A DNA stretch of 64,000 bases. Origin: Polyangiaceae bacterium (GTDB lineage Bacteria; Myxococcota_A; Polyangia; Polyangiales; Polyangiaceae). Of this stretch, positions 10,258 through 20,263 are shown one piece after another (the first letter of the stretch is position 1; every line of letters begins with the position of its first letter). The translations under genes were made by a program, and so were the position numbers. The notes under the pieces are model-generated. The model saw nothing but the letters and a program-made list of their open reading frames with translations, was not told the DNA's origin and searched no databases. The stretch is taken from positions 1-64,000 of the forward strand of contig JBILLK010000006.1 in NCBI GenBank assembly GCA_044376115.1, in the 5' to 3' direction.

Positions 10258-11529
10258 ATGTTGGTCGTTTGGGGAAAGACCCTGCATGGCTCGCTTCGCG
10301 AAGGGGCGGGGACCCGCATCGCGACCGTCTTTCATCACCTCTGGTATGTGCCGTTGATCCCCGAGCGCTCGGTGGTCCTGCTTCACGTCCCCGGGGGCGA
10401 AGAGCTGATGTTGCCGCTCCCGCGATATCACCGACTCTCGCTGCTGCTCGGTTGGTCGCCTGTGCTCTTTCCCACGCTATCGCTCGTGCTCGCGGTCCCA
10501 CTGGCGCTGCTGGTTGGAACCTACGTCGGAGCGATCGTAATCGCCTTCGCCTTCGCTGCTGCCGCGTGGCTTCACCTCCGCCATCCACGCTTCATTAGCG
10601 ACGACGAAGATTGGCAACGCCGGGTGCGCAGCGGCTGGCTCGGTGCACCGATCGATGTCTCGATGCCGCTATTCGACCCGGACAAAGTCGAACCGCCGGT
10701 GCGCGCCTTTCTCGAGGCGCACCTGCGCGAGCACCCACTCGACTACCGCACCGCCAGCGTGGAGGACGGTCAGACCGCGGCCGCCCTCGACGATCGTATG
10801 GTCGACATCGACTTTCTGATCGCGGCGGCGACGCTGGCGGAGTTGGTCGCTCAGCGTACGAACAAGCCGTCGGCGGCGGGACCGATTTGGGAGAAGGCAC
10901 TCGGCCTGTATCCGGCGTTGCGAGAGGCGCCAGCGTTCTATGGCCTCTTCGGCATTCAGGGCGCCTTTCCAGTCTACAAACCGAAGCCGAGCGCGTGGTC
11001 TCGCCAAGGCTGGGCCCTCGGCCTGGCTTCGGCTTCGCTTGCCGCCCTGCTCGCTGCCGGCTTCACCTACCACGAGTCTAGGCATCCGCGCTTTGCGTTG
11101 GTGAGCCCCATCGGCGCCAACGTCGAGGTCGAGATCGATGGCGTAGCCGTGCGTGAGCCTTTCAAGCAGGTCTTGGGACAGGGCGAATGGCTGGACCTAA
11201 AGCTCGAGGCCGGCCGTCACGTGGTGACGGTGCGCCGCGAAGGGCGTGTGATTGACGAGCGCCCGGTGGAGATCGACGCGGGCGCCAACGGGTACGTATT
11301 CGTCGCCAACGGAAGTACGCAACATTGGTGCGTCTTTCGACAGACGGTGCACTACGGCAGCGCAAAGAAGGACTCGAAAGGCCCCACGTTGGTGGCCCAC
11401 GCAGGGGAGACTGCCAAGCTGGAGCAGGCCGTTGACGTTTGGTTCACCGAACCGCCGACCACCGTTTCCTCCAAGTCCAGTTCAACGCGTGAGGTGCTCT
11501 TCCTTACGATGTGTGACCGCAGCCTTTAG
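10258..11529 (+). CDS. Hypothetical membrane protein with C-terminal PEGA-like beta domain
   Basis: N-terminal FHHLWYVPLIP motif; three hydrophobic segments; VEVEIDG...LEAGRHVVTVR. Confidence 0.7.
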   Translation: MLVVWGKTLHGSLREGAGTRIATVFHHLWYVPLIPERSVVLLHVPGGEELMLPLPRYHRLSLLLGWSPVLFPTLSLVLAVPLALLVGTYVGAIVIAFAFAAAAWLHLRHPRFISDDEDWQRRVRSGWLGAPIDVSMPLFDPDKVEPPVRAFLEAHLREHPLDYRTASVEDGQTAAALDDRMVDIDFLIAAATLAELVAQRTNKPSAAGPIWEKALGLYPALREAPAFYGLFGIQGAFPVYKPKPSAWSRQGWALGLASASLAALLAAGFTYHESRHPRFALVSPIGANVEVEIDGVAVREPFKQVLGQGEWLDLKLEAGRHVVTVRREGRVIDERPVEIDAGANGYVFVANGSTQHWCVFRQTVHYGSAKKDSKGPTLVAHAGETAKLEQAVDVWFTEPPTTVSSKSSSTREVLFLTMCDRSL

Positions 11530-11564
11530 CTGCGCCGAGCGTTCGGTCGTGCTCTCCTGACCGC

Positions 11565-12068
11565 ATGCGATGGATTCCGCTGTTGGTCGTTGGCGCACTG
11601 CTCGTTGGTTGTGAAGGCATCGACACCGGCAAGGCCAACAAGAAGGTCGACGAGGCCAACAACGCGCTCGAGGACGGCAATGACTTGCTCAAGAAGGCCG
11701 GGAAGACGCTCGACGCCTCGCTCCAGAACAACGCCCCCGAGGATCTAAAGAAGTGCAGCAAGTCAGCCGAGGAAGCTGCCGAGAAATACGAAGAGGCTTC
11801 AAAACTCGCCAAAGAAGCTTCCGAGATGAAGATTCGCAAGGTCTTCGGCGAGTACCTCGAGCTCAAGTCAAAGTCGTTCGCGAAGCGCGGTGAGATCGCC
11901 GATACCCTAAAGAAGCTTTGCAAGACCATCGCCGACAAGGCCCTCCCCGACGCTGAACGCGTCGTAAGGCAGCGGCAAGAAACCATCGATGAGCTGGTCG
12001 AGGAGGCCGACGAACTCGACGCCAAAGCGGCCAAGATCCAGAAGGACAACCCGGACCAATTCAAATAG
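11565..12068 (+). CDS. Helical, Lys/Glu/Ala-rich lipoprotein
   Basis: MRWIPLLVVGALLVGC lipobox; coiled-coil-like mature region. Confidence 0.8.
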   Translation: MRWIPLLVVGALLVGCEGIDTGKANKKVDEANNALEDGNDLLKKAGKTLDASLQNNAPEDLKKCSKSAEEAAEKYEEASKLAKEASEMKIRKVFGEYLELKSKSFAKRGEIADTLKKLCKTIADKALPDAERVVRQRQETIDELVEEADELDAKAAKIQKDNPDQFK

Positions 12069-12084
12069 CCGCAAGGTCTGAAGC

Positions 12085-13278
12085 ATGGACGAGAGCGACT
12101 TTCGCGACGCTGCGGCCATTCTTCGCCGGCGTGCTGCCTTCATCGCCTCGGCGCTGTCGGGCTTTTCGATCGCGCAGCGAGTCAACGCACAAGAACAGCC
12201 CGTCGCTACCGAACAAACCCAGCCTGCTGCAGAGCCGTGTGCCTTCAGCAACGAGCCGCGCGAGCAGGATAAGGACGAGGCGCGAGCTCGCTTCCAAACG
12301 GCCGTTGAGCTCTATGCCTCCGGCCAGTTCGAGCAAGCCTCAGCTGAAGCCCGCCGAGCCTATGCGCTGTATCCGCGCGAGAACATCGCCTTGGTGGCGC
12401 TGGACGCCGATCTGGCGCGCGGCGCAGCCGCCGAGGCGTTCATGCTCGGAGAGAAGCATCAACGCTGCGTGGGCGAGAGCGCCGAGATCGCGACACGAAT
12501 GGACCAGGCCCGGCTCGTCACCGGACAGGTCCGCTTTCGCTGGCTTGGGCCCGCTGATTCGCCGATTGAGTTGGACGGCACTGCCATTGACGCGCAGCGC
12601 GCGCGAACTGGCGTCCGCCTCGCGCCAGGTCAACATGTAGCAGCGTTGCGCTCGGATGGCGGTTCCGAGACGAAGTTCAGCGTGGAGGCAGGCTCCGAGA
12701 CGGTGATCGAGCTGAGAACGCAACCAGTCGCAATCCCAGTGCCCTGCTTGTCTCCGCCGCCGGAGCCAAGGCGTGAGGTGGTGCTGCGTCTGCAAGGTGG
12801 CGTGCTCGCGCCGATGGCGAGCCTTCACGTCGCTGCCCCGAGCGAGTTCTCCCTTGGGCCCGGACTGTTCGAGGAGATCTCGGGCCAAGCCGCAGAGGGG
12901 CTTTGGCTCGAGGCGAACCTATTTCAAGCCGTCACCTTGAACGAGGACGTCGCCTACGGTTTTCTCGGTGGTGGCGTGGACGTGCAATACAACGTTATTG
13001 GGCCTACCTCGATCGGGCTCGGCTTCTCGGGCGGCGCGCTCTTATCCCCCGAGGCCAGTACGCGCGCCGCAGGCTTTTTTGGCCCGGTGCTCATCCCTTT
13101 ATCGATCGCCTACGAGCTCTTCTTTCTCGAGCTGCGCGTGCCAATTTGGCTGACACCAGTGGTCGGCTTCGAGCCGAAGATCGAGTTCGGTATGGTTGCA
13201 CCGCAGCTCGTGATTGGCCTGGGCGGAGTCGTCATCAGCAAGGAGGACGATTGGGAAGGGGGCGTCGCTCGCCGATGA
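12085..13278 (+). CDS. Exported TPR + PEGA-like protein with C-terminal beta-strand (outer-membrane-like) domain
   Basis: RRRAAFIASAL signal; EARARFQTAVELYASGQFEQA TPR; IELDG...LAPGQH PEGA-like; amphipathic strands at C-terminus. Confidence 0.72.
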   Translation: MDESDFRDAAAILRRRAAFIASALSGFSIAQRVNAQEQPVATEQTQPAAEPCAFSNEPREQDKDEARARFQTAVELYASGQFEQASAEARRAYALYPRENIALVALDADLARGAAAEAFMLGEKHQRCVGESAEIATRMDQARLVTGQVRFRWLGPADSPIELDGTAIDAQRARTGVRLAPGQHVAALRSDGGSETKFSVEAGSETVIELRTQPVAIPVPCLSPPPEPRREVVLRLQGGVLAPMASLHVAAPSEFSLGPGLFEEISGQAAEGLWLEANLFQAVTLNEDVAYGFLGGGVDVQYNVIGPTSIGLGFSGGALLSPEASTRAAGFFGPVLIPLSIAYELFFLELRVPIWLTPVVGFEPKIEFGMVAPQLVIGLGGVVISKEDDWEGGVARR

Positions 13279-13389
13279 CATACCCGGGTTCTGGATGAGC
13301 TCCGAAAGGGGTAGCGCTGCCCGAACGGCATGCGCACGGGGGCGTGCCGACCGTTGGACGCGCCCTCGTCTCGTGGTACCCTATCCTCC

Positions 13390-13833
13390 TTGGTCGAGCG
13401 TCGCTCCCTGCCACCGACAACGCCGCGCGAGTCCATCCGTTGGGCGGCGGGCCCCAACTATTGCATCACCATCGAAGGGGCGAGCGTTGCTGTCCTGGAA
13501 GTCTGGCAAGCCCCCGAACTCACGCGCGAGCAAGGGGCGCAGTGCGCCGAGCAGATGGCTTCCGGACTACTCGAGCTGTCACGCACGCGACGTGGACTCG
13601 TGATCGACCTTCGAAGAGCAACAGTAACCTGGGGGCCGCGCACGCAGCTTGCACTCGAGCAAATGGTGCGACCTTGGGAGGAGCGGGGCCGCGAAATTTG
13701 GGTCGTTCCTGCAAACGAGCCGATCCAAGCGATCGCGGTGAAAAGGCTGCTCGAGCGCGCGGCGTCGCGCCACGGTCACATGGCGACGTCGGTGGAGGTG
13801 GCGCTCGCGTCCGCCGGGCGGGCCAAGCGTTGA
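13390..13833 (+). CDS. Hypothetical protein, STAS/SpoIIAA-like fold suspected
   Basis: GLVIDLRRA...WGPRTQ motif; in-frame TTG at 13390 preceded by TACCCT (alternative start 13330). Confidence 0.55.
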   Translation: MVERRSLPPTTPRESIRWAAGPNYCITIEGASVAVLEVWQAPELTREQGAQCAEQMASGLLELSRTRRGLVIDLRRATVTWGPRTQLALEQMVRPWEERGREIWVVPANEPIQAIAVKRLLERAASRHGHMATSVEVALASAGRAKR

Positions 13834-13898
13834 GGCGCAGGTCTCGACGCTTTTCGGCAGAGCGCAAAGCGGATGTTGGACGAAAGATCAGCAAGCGA

Positions 13899-14678
13899 AT
13901 GTGTGAATTACTGGGGATGGAGTGCAACGTACCGACCGACATTGCCTTCTCCTTTACGGGGCTGAAGACGCGCGGTGGGCGCACGGCTCATCACCAAGAC
14001 GGTTGGGGGCTCGCGCTCTATCAAGGCCGCGCGGCGCGCGTGTTCCTCGAGCCAACGGCCGCGGCCAACAGCCCGCTCGCCCGCTTCATCGCTGAGAATC
14101 CAGACAAGACGCTGCTCGCGATCGGACACATTCGCAAGCGCACGCGCGGAGCGATCTCCCTCGCCAACACGCACCCCTTCGTGCGCGAGCTGTGGGGGCG
14201 GCATTGGGTGTTCGCGCACAACGGCACGGTCCGAGCGGCCACCAAGCTGAAGCTCGGTCGCTTCAAGCCGATCGGGACGACCGACAGTGAGCACGCCTAC
14301 TGTCACCTGCTCGAAGGGCTGCGCAGCTCGTTCAAGGACTACCCGAAGCAGCCTTCGGAGCTCTGGCAGGCGGTCGCCGACGTGGCGCGCGGGATCGGCG
14401 CCCGCGGGACCTTCAACTTTCTGCTCGGCGACGGGCGACACCTGTACGCGCGCTGCGCGACCAAGCTATGCTTCCTGATTCGACGGGCCCCGTTCGGTGA
14501 GGCCCGGCTCTCGGATGAAGACGTGGCCATCGACTTTTCGAAGGTGACCGGCCCGAGGGATCGCGTGGTTGTCGTCAGCACGGTGCCTTTGACCCGCAAC
14601 GAGGCCTGGACGCACGGCGATCCGGGGAAGATGTGGGTCTTCGACCAAGGCGCGCTGCGAGCCACGCTGAGCGCGTGA
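13899..14678 (+). CDS. yafJ: Class II glutamine amidotransferase, YafJ family
   Basis: N-terminal MCELLGM (catalytic Cys), DGWG, NTHPF.RELWG..WVFAHNG, GTTDSE. Confidence 0.9.
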   Translation: MCELLGMECNVPTDIAFSFTGLKTRGGRTAHHQDGWGLALYQGRAARVFLEPTAAANSPLARFIAENPDKTLLAIGHIRKRTRGAISLANTHPFVRELWGRHWVFAHNGTVRAATKLKLGRFKPIGTTDSEHAYCHLLEGLRSSFKDYPKQPSELWQAVADVARGIGARGTFNFLLGDGRHLYARCATKLCFLIRRAPFGEARLSDEDVAIDFSKVTGPRDRVVVVSTVPLTRNEAWTHGDPGKMWVFDQGALRATLSA

Positions 14679-14759
14679 GCGTCGCCGCGTCGCCGCGCTA
14701 GCGCCTGGCTCGGAGCGCAAGCGGCCCATCTCGAGTTCGGTTCGGCTATGGTGCCGGCC

Positions 14760-17162
14760 GTGGACCACAAGACCGAGGTTCAAGCAGGTGACATCGTCGC
14801 AGGCTATCGCGTGCTCGGCACGCTGGGCGTGGGCGGGAGCGGGACGGTGCACCGGGCCGAGCGCATCGATGACGGCGTGCAGGTGGCGCTGAAGCTCCTG
14901 AATGCCGAGCACGTCAGCAACGAGGGGGAGCGGCAACGCTTCGCGCGCGAGGCGGAGGTGGTGCGGCAGCTGGCCCATCCGCACGTGGTGGCGCTGCTCG
15001 ACTACGGCTTCGACGAGCGGCCTTACCTCGTGTTTCCGTTGCTGCAGGGGCGCACGCTCGAGGCGCGCATCGCGGCCGAGGGCAAGGTGGGCTGGGGGCT
15101 CACTGGGCGCTTCAGCGAGCAGGCGCTCTCGGCGCTAGAGGTAGCGCACGGGCTCAGCATCGCGCACCGCGATTTGAAGCCAGCCAACATCTACTGTTGT
15201 CAGGCGGGCCCAAGTGAGCACATCCAGATCTTAGACTTTGGCACGGCGAAGATCGTCGGCCCCAAGTTGGAGTCGCAACAAGAGGTGACCAAGCTCGGGG
15301 TGCTGGTCGGTACGCCCAGGTACATGGCTCCGGAGCAGGTGCGGAGCGAGCCGCTTACGCCTGCGACCGACGTGTATTCGTTCGGTCTGGTGATGGCGGA
15401 GATGCTGCTGGGGCGCCCGCTCGTGACCGGTGCGACCGACTTCGACATGTTCGTCTCTCAAGGCTCGGACGCTCCACACGTGCTGCCGGATGAGATCCTC
15501 AACTCGCCGTTCGCGGCGGTGATTGAGCGGGCGGTCGCCAAGCCACTGGAGGTGCGTTATCGGTTCGCGAGCCAGATGCTCGCCGACGTGCGCGCCATCC
15601 TCGCGCGCTACAACCAGGGCGACGCGCAGAGGCACGGCGCGGATCTGGAGGTTACGCGCTTCATCGGCGAGGCGCCGCGCCCTGCAGCGAAGAACGAGTC
15701 CGCGGCGAAGCTGCGCACCGCCTTCAACGCCATCGCGTCGAAGTCGGCGGCGCAGGCGCAGGCGTCAGCGCCATCGCGCGATGAGAGCGCCTTACCGACG
15801 CTGATGTTCCAGGCGCTGGTCGATCCGCCGCCGGCGTCTGCCGCGCCGTCCGTTGCGGCGCCGCCAGCGCCGCCACCCGCGAGCACGGAGGGGAGTCCTC
15901 TCGTCGGTGCGGCGCACAGCGCGGTCGACTCGGCCCTGGAGCTGTCTCCGCGCGCGCAGCCACCTGATCCCGCGCCGGGGCTCGAACCGGCCGTCGCCTC
16001 GCCTGTCGCGCAATCGTCTCGCCGCTTGCAGGTGGTCGGAGCGGTGGCGGCCCTCGGCTGTCTGATCGGAGGTGCGTTGTTCATGCTCGGCGGCTCCGGT
16101 GCGCCGAACGCGCCGTCCTCGGCGAGCGCCGCCCTCGGCGAGAGCGCGCAAGCGGCGGAGGGCCCAAAGGCGGCGGCGCCGACCTCCGCAGAGCAGGCCG
16201 CCAAGACCCCCTCTGCGCCGCCCGGCGCCTTCAGTACGCAGGCGCCGGAGCGCGCGGTGATCGCGCGCTTCCTCGCCGATCCGGCGGCCAAGCAAACGGC
16301 CGAGCTGTACGAACTCGCGCTGCAAGCGACGGCCAGCTGCGAGATCGCGGTGGGCAAAGCCCCCAGTTGCGCAGAAGGCGCCGACCTCCAGGCGGTGGTC
16401 GAGCGCCCGCTCGCGAAGGGCGCCGCCAAGCAGCGCCTCGAGGTGGCGACCAAGTATCTCCAGCACGCGTCGCCGACCATTCGCGTGCTCGCCGCGCGTC
16501 AACTCGCGAGCGCCAAGGCCGATGAGGCCTTCGCGCCGCTGCTCGTGGCGGCCAAGATCGAGCCCCAGCCCGCCGTCCTCGCCGAGCTGCTCCTCGCGAT
16601 GCGGCGCGGCAAGGCTGAGCTGGACGCGTTCAAGCTCGCATCGCTCGAACACACTTCGCCGCTCGTCCGAGCCGCCGCCTGCACGAGTCTGGCGCAAAGG
16701 CCTGGCGCCTGGTCGCTCGAGCCGGTCTCGCGCACTGCACGCGACCCGGAGATCGAGGTCCGAACCGCGTGCTTCGCGGCGCTCACCGCCGCCTGGGTGC
16801 GGACGCCCGAGCCGCGAAAAGAGGCCTTCGAGCTGACGCTCGCCCTGCTCGACGAAAAGCCACGCGCCCGGATGCCGGCGGAGTTGGGCAAGCTCCGCGA
16901 GGCGAAGACCACCTTCAAGTCCGGGGACACCGTAGGTCCGAAGTGGCTCGAACGAGCGACCTTCTACGAGCCCAAGCGGCTCTGTGCGGTGCTCGAGGAC
17001 CTCGCCCTGGACGCGACGCAAGCGCGGTCGTTGCGAGGCTCTGCGCTCGACGCGCTTGTCGCGATCGCCAGCAAGAAGCGCGCGGCCGCGCTACGTGACA
17101 AGCTCGCGACGCTGAGCGACGAGGACTCGCGGGCGCTCGTGGCGCCAACGGCGAACCCGTAG
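14760..17162 (+). CDS. Ser/Thr kinase - Pro/Ala linker - TM - HEAT-like repeat domain
   Basis: LGVGGSGTV, VALK, HRDLKPAN, DFG, GTPRYMAPE; TM VVGAVAALGCLIGGALFML; SPTIRVLAARQL / SPLVRAAAC / PEIEVRTAC repeats; start 14748 or 14760. Confidence 0.9.
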   Translation: MDHKTEVQAGDIVAGYRVLGTLGVGGSGTVHRAERIDDGVQVALKLLNAEHVSNEGERQRFAREAEVVRQLAHPHVVALLDYGFDERPYLVFPLLQGRTLEARIAAEGKVGWGLTGRFSEQALSALEVAHGLSIAHRDLKPANIYCCQAGPSEHIQILDFGTAKIVGPKLESQQEVTKLGVLVGTPRYMAPEQVRSEPLTPATDVYSFGLVMAEMLLGRPLVTGATDFDMFVSQGSDAPHVLPDEILNSPFAAVIERAVAKPLEVRYRFASQMLADVRAILARYNQGDAQRHGADLEVTRFIGEAPRPAAKNESAAKLRTAFNAIASKSAAQAQASAPSRDESALPTLMFQALVDPPPASAAPSVAAPPAPPPASTEGSPLVGAAHSAVDSALELSPRAQPPDPAPGLEPAVASPVAQSSRRLQVVGAVAALGCLIGGALFMLGGSGAPNAPSSASAALGESAQAAEGPKAAAPTSAEQAAKTPSAPPGAFSTQAPERAVIARFLADPAAKQTAELYELALQATASCEIAVGKAPSCAEGADLQAVVERPLAKGAAKQRLEVATKYLQHASPTIRVLAARQLASAKADEAFAPLLVAAKIEPQPAVLAELLLAMRRGKAELDAFKLASLEHTSPLVRAAACTSLAQRPGAWSLEPVSRTARDPEIEVRTACFAALTAAWVRTPEPRKEAFELTLALLDEKPRARMPAELGKLREAKTTFKSGDTVGPKWLERATFYEPKRLCAVLEDLALDATQARSLRGSALDALVAIASKKRAAALRDKLATLSDEDSRALVAPTANP

Positions 17163-17207
17163 CTGGCGATCGCGCGCTCTCTCGATTCGGCCGACTCGCT
17201 GCAGGAG

Positions 17208-18455
17208 TCACTCGGGCTGAAGCTCGACCTGGCGCAGGCAGTTCGCCGAGCGATCCGCTACATACAGGATATTCGGTGGGTGGAAGACGACGTGGCTCGG
17301 GTGCCAGAAGGTGCCCGGCGTTTCGTCTGTAGAGTCGCTGCTCGGATGGGGGATGTCGTCGAGGATCGTTTGCTGAACGCCGGCTACCGTACTGACGCCC
17401 GTCGTACTGAAGCTGTACCGTCGAATCAGGTTGTTGTGGGAGTCGGCCAGATAGAGGCCGTCCTGCCCATCCGAGCTCATGCCAAAGGGAAAGCGAAAGC
17501 GCGCCTCGCTGCCGAAAGAGCTATCAGCGGAGCCGCACTCGGGCGGCAAGACCGGGCTGACGTTCTCGCAGAAGTGCTCCGGGTTTGCAGGCGCCTTCCC
17601 GGCCACCGTTTTTACTTCCTGGCTCGCGAGATCGAGCTCGCGCAGGGTCAGGTTGTTGGCTTCGCTAATATATAATTTAGTGCCGTGGACGGTGAGCCCC
17701 GCAGGCTTATTGAATAGGGCGCTGCGCGCAGGCCCGTCGGCATGGCCGGCGACCCCCACTTGGCCGGCGATGGTGGTGACCTCGCGGGTGTCGAGGTCCA
17801 CCGCGCGAATGGTTTGGTTGCCAGAGTCTGCGACGTACATCACGGTTTTGCCCGACGCGGGCTCGGTGGTGATGGTCAATCCACCCGACCAGGGCGCGAA
17901 CGGCGAGGCGCTGCCTAGCTGCGCTTCGGTGCCAACGCCGTCAGCGCTACCGGGCAGGCCCAGCGTGCCGAACTCCGTCGTAACCGCGCCCGTCTCGAGG
18001 TTGAGTTTGCGAATGACGAAGTTGTAGGTGTCTGTGAAGTAGAGGTTCTGTTCGCTGGGATCGAGCACGAGATTGCGGGGCACGTTGAGCAAAGCGGTTT
18101 GCGCTGGCGAGCTGTCATTCGAACCGCGCAGCCCGCCGACGCCGGCCACCGTGGTGACCTGCTTGGTCTTGAGCGACAACTTGCGAATCGCGTGGTTGAA
18201 GCTGTCTGCGACATACAGGTTCTCTCCGGCGCGATCGAGCGCGAGGCCCTCCGGCGAGTCGAAGCGGGCCGACTCCGCGTCTCCGTCGGCGAAGGCCCCA
18301 AGTGCGTCGTTGGAACCAGCGATGGTGACGATCGAAGGGTGCTCGCTCGCGAGTTGCGAGCTTGATTCCTCCGACTCGCTGCACGCCGCCGCAAGCAGCA
18401 GCGCGCTGACCAAGCGATGGACTTTCGACGTTCGCGCACGCGCGGTAGGAAGCAT
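17208..18455 (-). CDS. NHL-repeat beta-propeller lipoprotein
   Basis: LLLAAAC lipobox; repeated F..P.GL..D...LYVADS.NH.IR units; start ATG 18455. Confidence 0.88.
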   Translation of the reverse strand: MLPTARARTSKVHRLVSALLLAAACSESEESSSQLASEHPSIVTIAGSNDALGAFADGDAESARFDSPEGLALDRAGENLYVADSFNHAIRKLSLKTKQVTTVAGVGGLRGSNDSSPAQTALLNVPRNLVLDPSEQNLYFTDTYNFVIRKLNLETGAVTTEFGTLGLPGSADGVGTEAQLGSASPFAPWSGGLTITTEPASGKTVMYVADSGNQTIRAVDLDTREVTTIAGQVGVAGHADGPARSALFNKPAGLTVHGTKLYISEANNLTLRELDLASQEVKTVAGKAPANPEHFCENVSPVLPPECGSADSSFGSEARFRFPFGMSSDGQDGLYLADSHNNLIRRYSFSTTGVSTVAGVQQTILDDIPHPSSDSTDETPGTFWHPSHVVFHPPNILYVADRSANCLRQVELQPE

Positions 18456-18870
18456 GAGCCACAGTAGCCTTGAATGGCATGTCGCCTCTCGCCCGCCGCT
18501 ACGTCGGCCCGCTGAGGTTGCGGATTGGGACCATATCCAGCTTAGCTCGCGGCCAGCACAACTTGTCCTCGCGCCCGCAAACAAGGGCGTAAGCGCGAAG
18601 CCGGTCAACGTGCCGTTGAACCCTCGAATCCAAGTCGACAGTGCTTCCGCCATGCGCGAGCTTGCGCTTGCGGGGGCTGGACTAGCTTCGCTGCCCGAGG
18701 TCACGGTGCGCGCTGCGGTCGCGCGCGGAAAGCTGGTCGAGGTGCTCGCTGGATGGCGGTTGCCACGGGTGGGGGTCTACGCAATCTGGCCTCGAAATGT
18801 GCAACGAGCCGCGCTGACCGCGCGCTTCCTCGAGTTCATGCAAGTTCGGATAGCAACGTTGTTCGCCTAG
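18454..18870 (+). pseudogene. 5'-truncated LysR-type regulator (C-terminal part of the substrate-binding domain only)
   Basis: VDSASAMRELALAGAGLASLPE...GKLVEVLAGW...VYAIWP...TARFLEF; no HTH; 5' end abuts the divergent NHL gene start. Confidence 0.75.
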
Positions 18871-20204
18871 GCCGTATTGCTTTGGGTGCCGGCTTCTGAG
18901 CTGCTCGCGGGGAGTTCGAAGCGAAAGCACGCCCCGCGGCCGGGCTCGCTGGTGACGTCGAGCGAGCCGCCCGCGGCAGTCACGAGCTGTCGCACCGTCG
19001 CCAATCCGAGGCCCGTGCCGGTCGGCTTGGTCGTGAAGAACGGCTCAAAGATGCGCGCTTTGGTTTCGGCGTCCATCCCGATGCCCTCATCCACGACCTC
19101 GATCCCGACGCCGCTCGTCCCGCCTGCGCGCAGCGTGATCGTCCCGCCCTCGGGCATGGCGTCGCGCGCATTGAGCACGAGGTTGAGCACAACCTGATCG
19201 ATCGCCGTCGGTGCAACCAAAACGCGACCCCCACCTTTCACGAGGCCCTCTGTGCGGAGTTGGTGTTGTTCACCGACGAGCCGTTGCAAGAGTGGCAGTG
19301 CGTCCAACACGGCTGCGTGCAAGTCGACCTCGCGGGCAGGGTCCGGCGCGCCTTCAGGGCGTCCAAGCGCGAGCAGTCGTCGTGTCATTGCCGACGCCGT
19401 GGCGATCGCCGTATCGAGATCGCGCACGACCTCGGCCCCCGCTGCAGTCCCTTGGTTGCCACGCAACACTTCCGCGGTGAGCTGAACCACCGTGAGTAGG
19501 TTGTTGATGTCGTGGGCGACGCCGGCGGAGACGCGGCCAACCAGCTCGAGTTTCTGCGCCTGAGCAAGCCGCTGCTGCGCCACGCGCTTCTCCTCCAAGC
19601 TTTTCTCGGCGTCGTTGAGTGCGCGGCTGAGCACTCTCAGGGACACGCTCAGTACCAAGGTCGAGATCAACAGCGTCACAGCCAGCGCCGTCCAGGAGTT
19701 CCACGGCGTGGGTTCACTCATCCCCTGAGGTAGCCGGCCCTGCTCCTGAAGCCACGCAACGCCCCCCGCAAAAACACTGGATGCCACGGCGACGGCGACC
19801 CCAGCTCGCAGCCCGAGCACCACACCCGCTAGCGTCACGGTCAGCGTGTACGCGACCCCGTTGTGGCCGGACAGCCCGCCCGCGAACAGCAGCACACTCG
19901 AGACCATGAGCCAGGTGGAGGTACACAAGATCCAACCCGCCGCGCGATCGAAACCTCGCCGCGTGAGCCACAACACCAGCACCAGCACCGCGACGATCGG
20001 CCCGTTGAAGGCGAGCACGCTCAGCGGCGGGTTGCGCGGATCCGATAGCGCCAGCGGAAACAGGCAGAGTTCGCCTGCAAGCAGCGCCCAGCTGACGTAC
20101 CAAAGCGTGGTGACCGCCGCCGCACGATCATGTCTCGCTCGAACCGGCGGCCTCAACCAAGCCCAACGGCTCGGGGCCCCATCCCCATCCCCATCCCCCT
20201 GCAC
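18867..20204 (-). CDS. Membrane sensor histidine kinase (HisKA + HATPase)
   Basis: Multi-TM N-terminus; GVAHDINNLL, NLVLNARDAM, DEGIGM, FFTTK, GTGLGL. Confidence 0.92.
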   Translation of the reverse strand: MQGDGDGDGAPSRWAWLRPPVRARHDRAAAVTTLWYVSWALLAGELCLFPLALSDPRNPPLSVLAFNGPIVAVLVLVLWLTRRGFDRAAGWILCTSTWLMVSSVLLFAGGLSGHNGVAYTLTVTLAGVVLGLRAGVAVAVASSVFAGGVAWLQEQGRLPQGMSEPTPWNSWTALAVTLLISTLVLSVSLRVLSRALNDAEKSLEEKRVAQQRLAQAQKLELVGRVSAGVAHDINNLLTVVQLTAEVLRGNQGTAAGAEVVRDLDTAIATASAMTRRLLALGRPEGAPDPAREVDLHAAVLDALPLLQRLVGEQHQLRTEGLVKGGGRVLVAPTAIDQVVLNLVLNARDAMPEGGTITLRAGGTSGVGIEVVDEGIGMDAETKARIFEPFFTTKPTGTGLGLATVRQLVTAAGGSLDVTSEPGRGACFRFELPASSSEAGTQSNTA

Positions 20205-20263
20205 GGCGCCAGCGTCGCATGGGTAGGGTCGTTACGCCTAGCACCTCGGTACGCCGACTTGTT

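Noticed and set aside
13344..13898. N-terminal extension of the amidotransferase ORF
   Set aside because: Class II amidotransferases need Cys at position 2 (MCELL at 13899); the extension overlaps another gene
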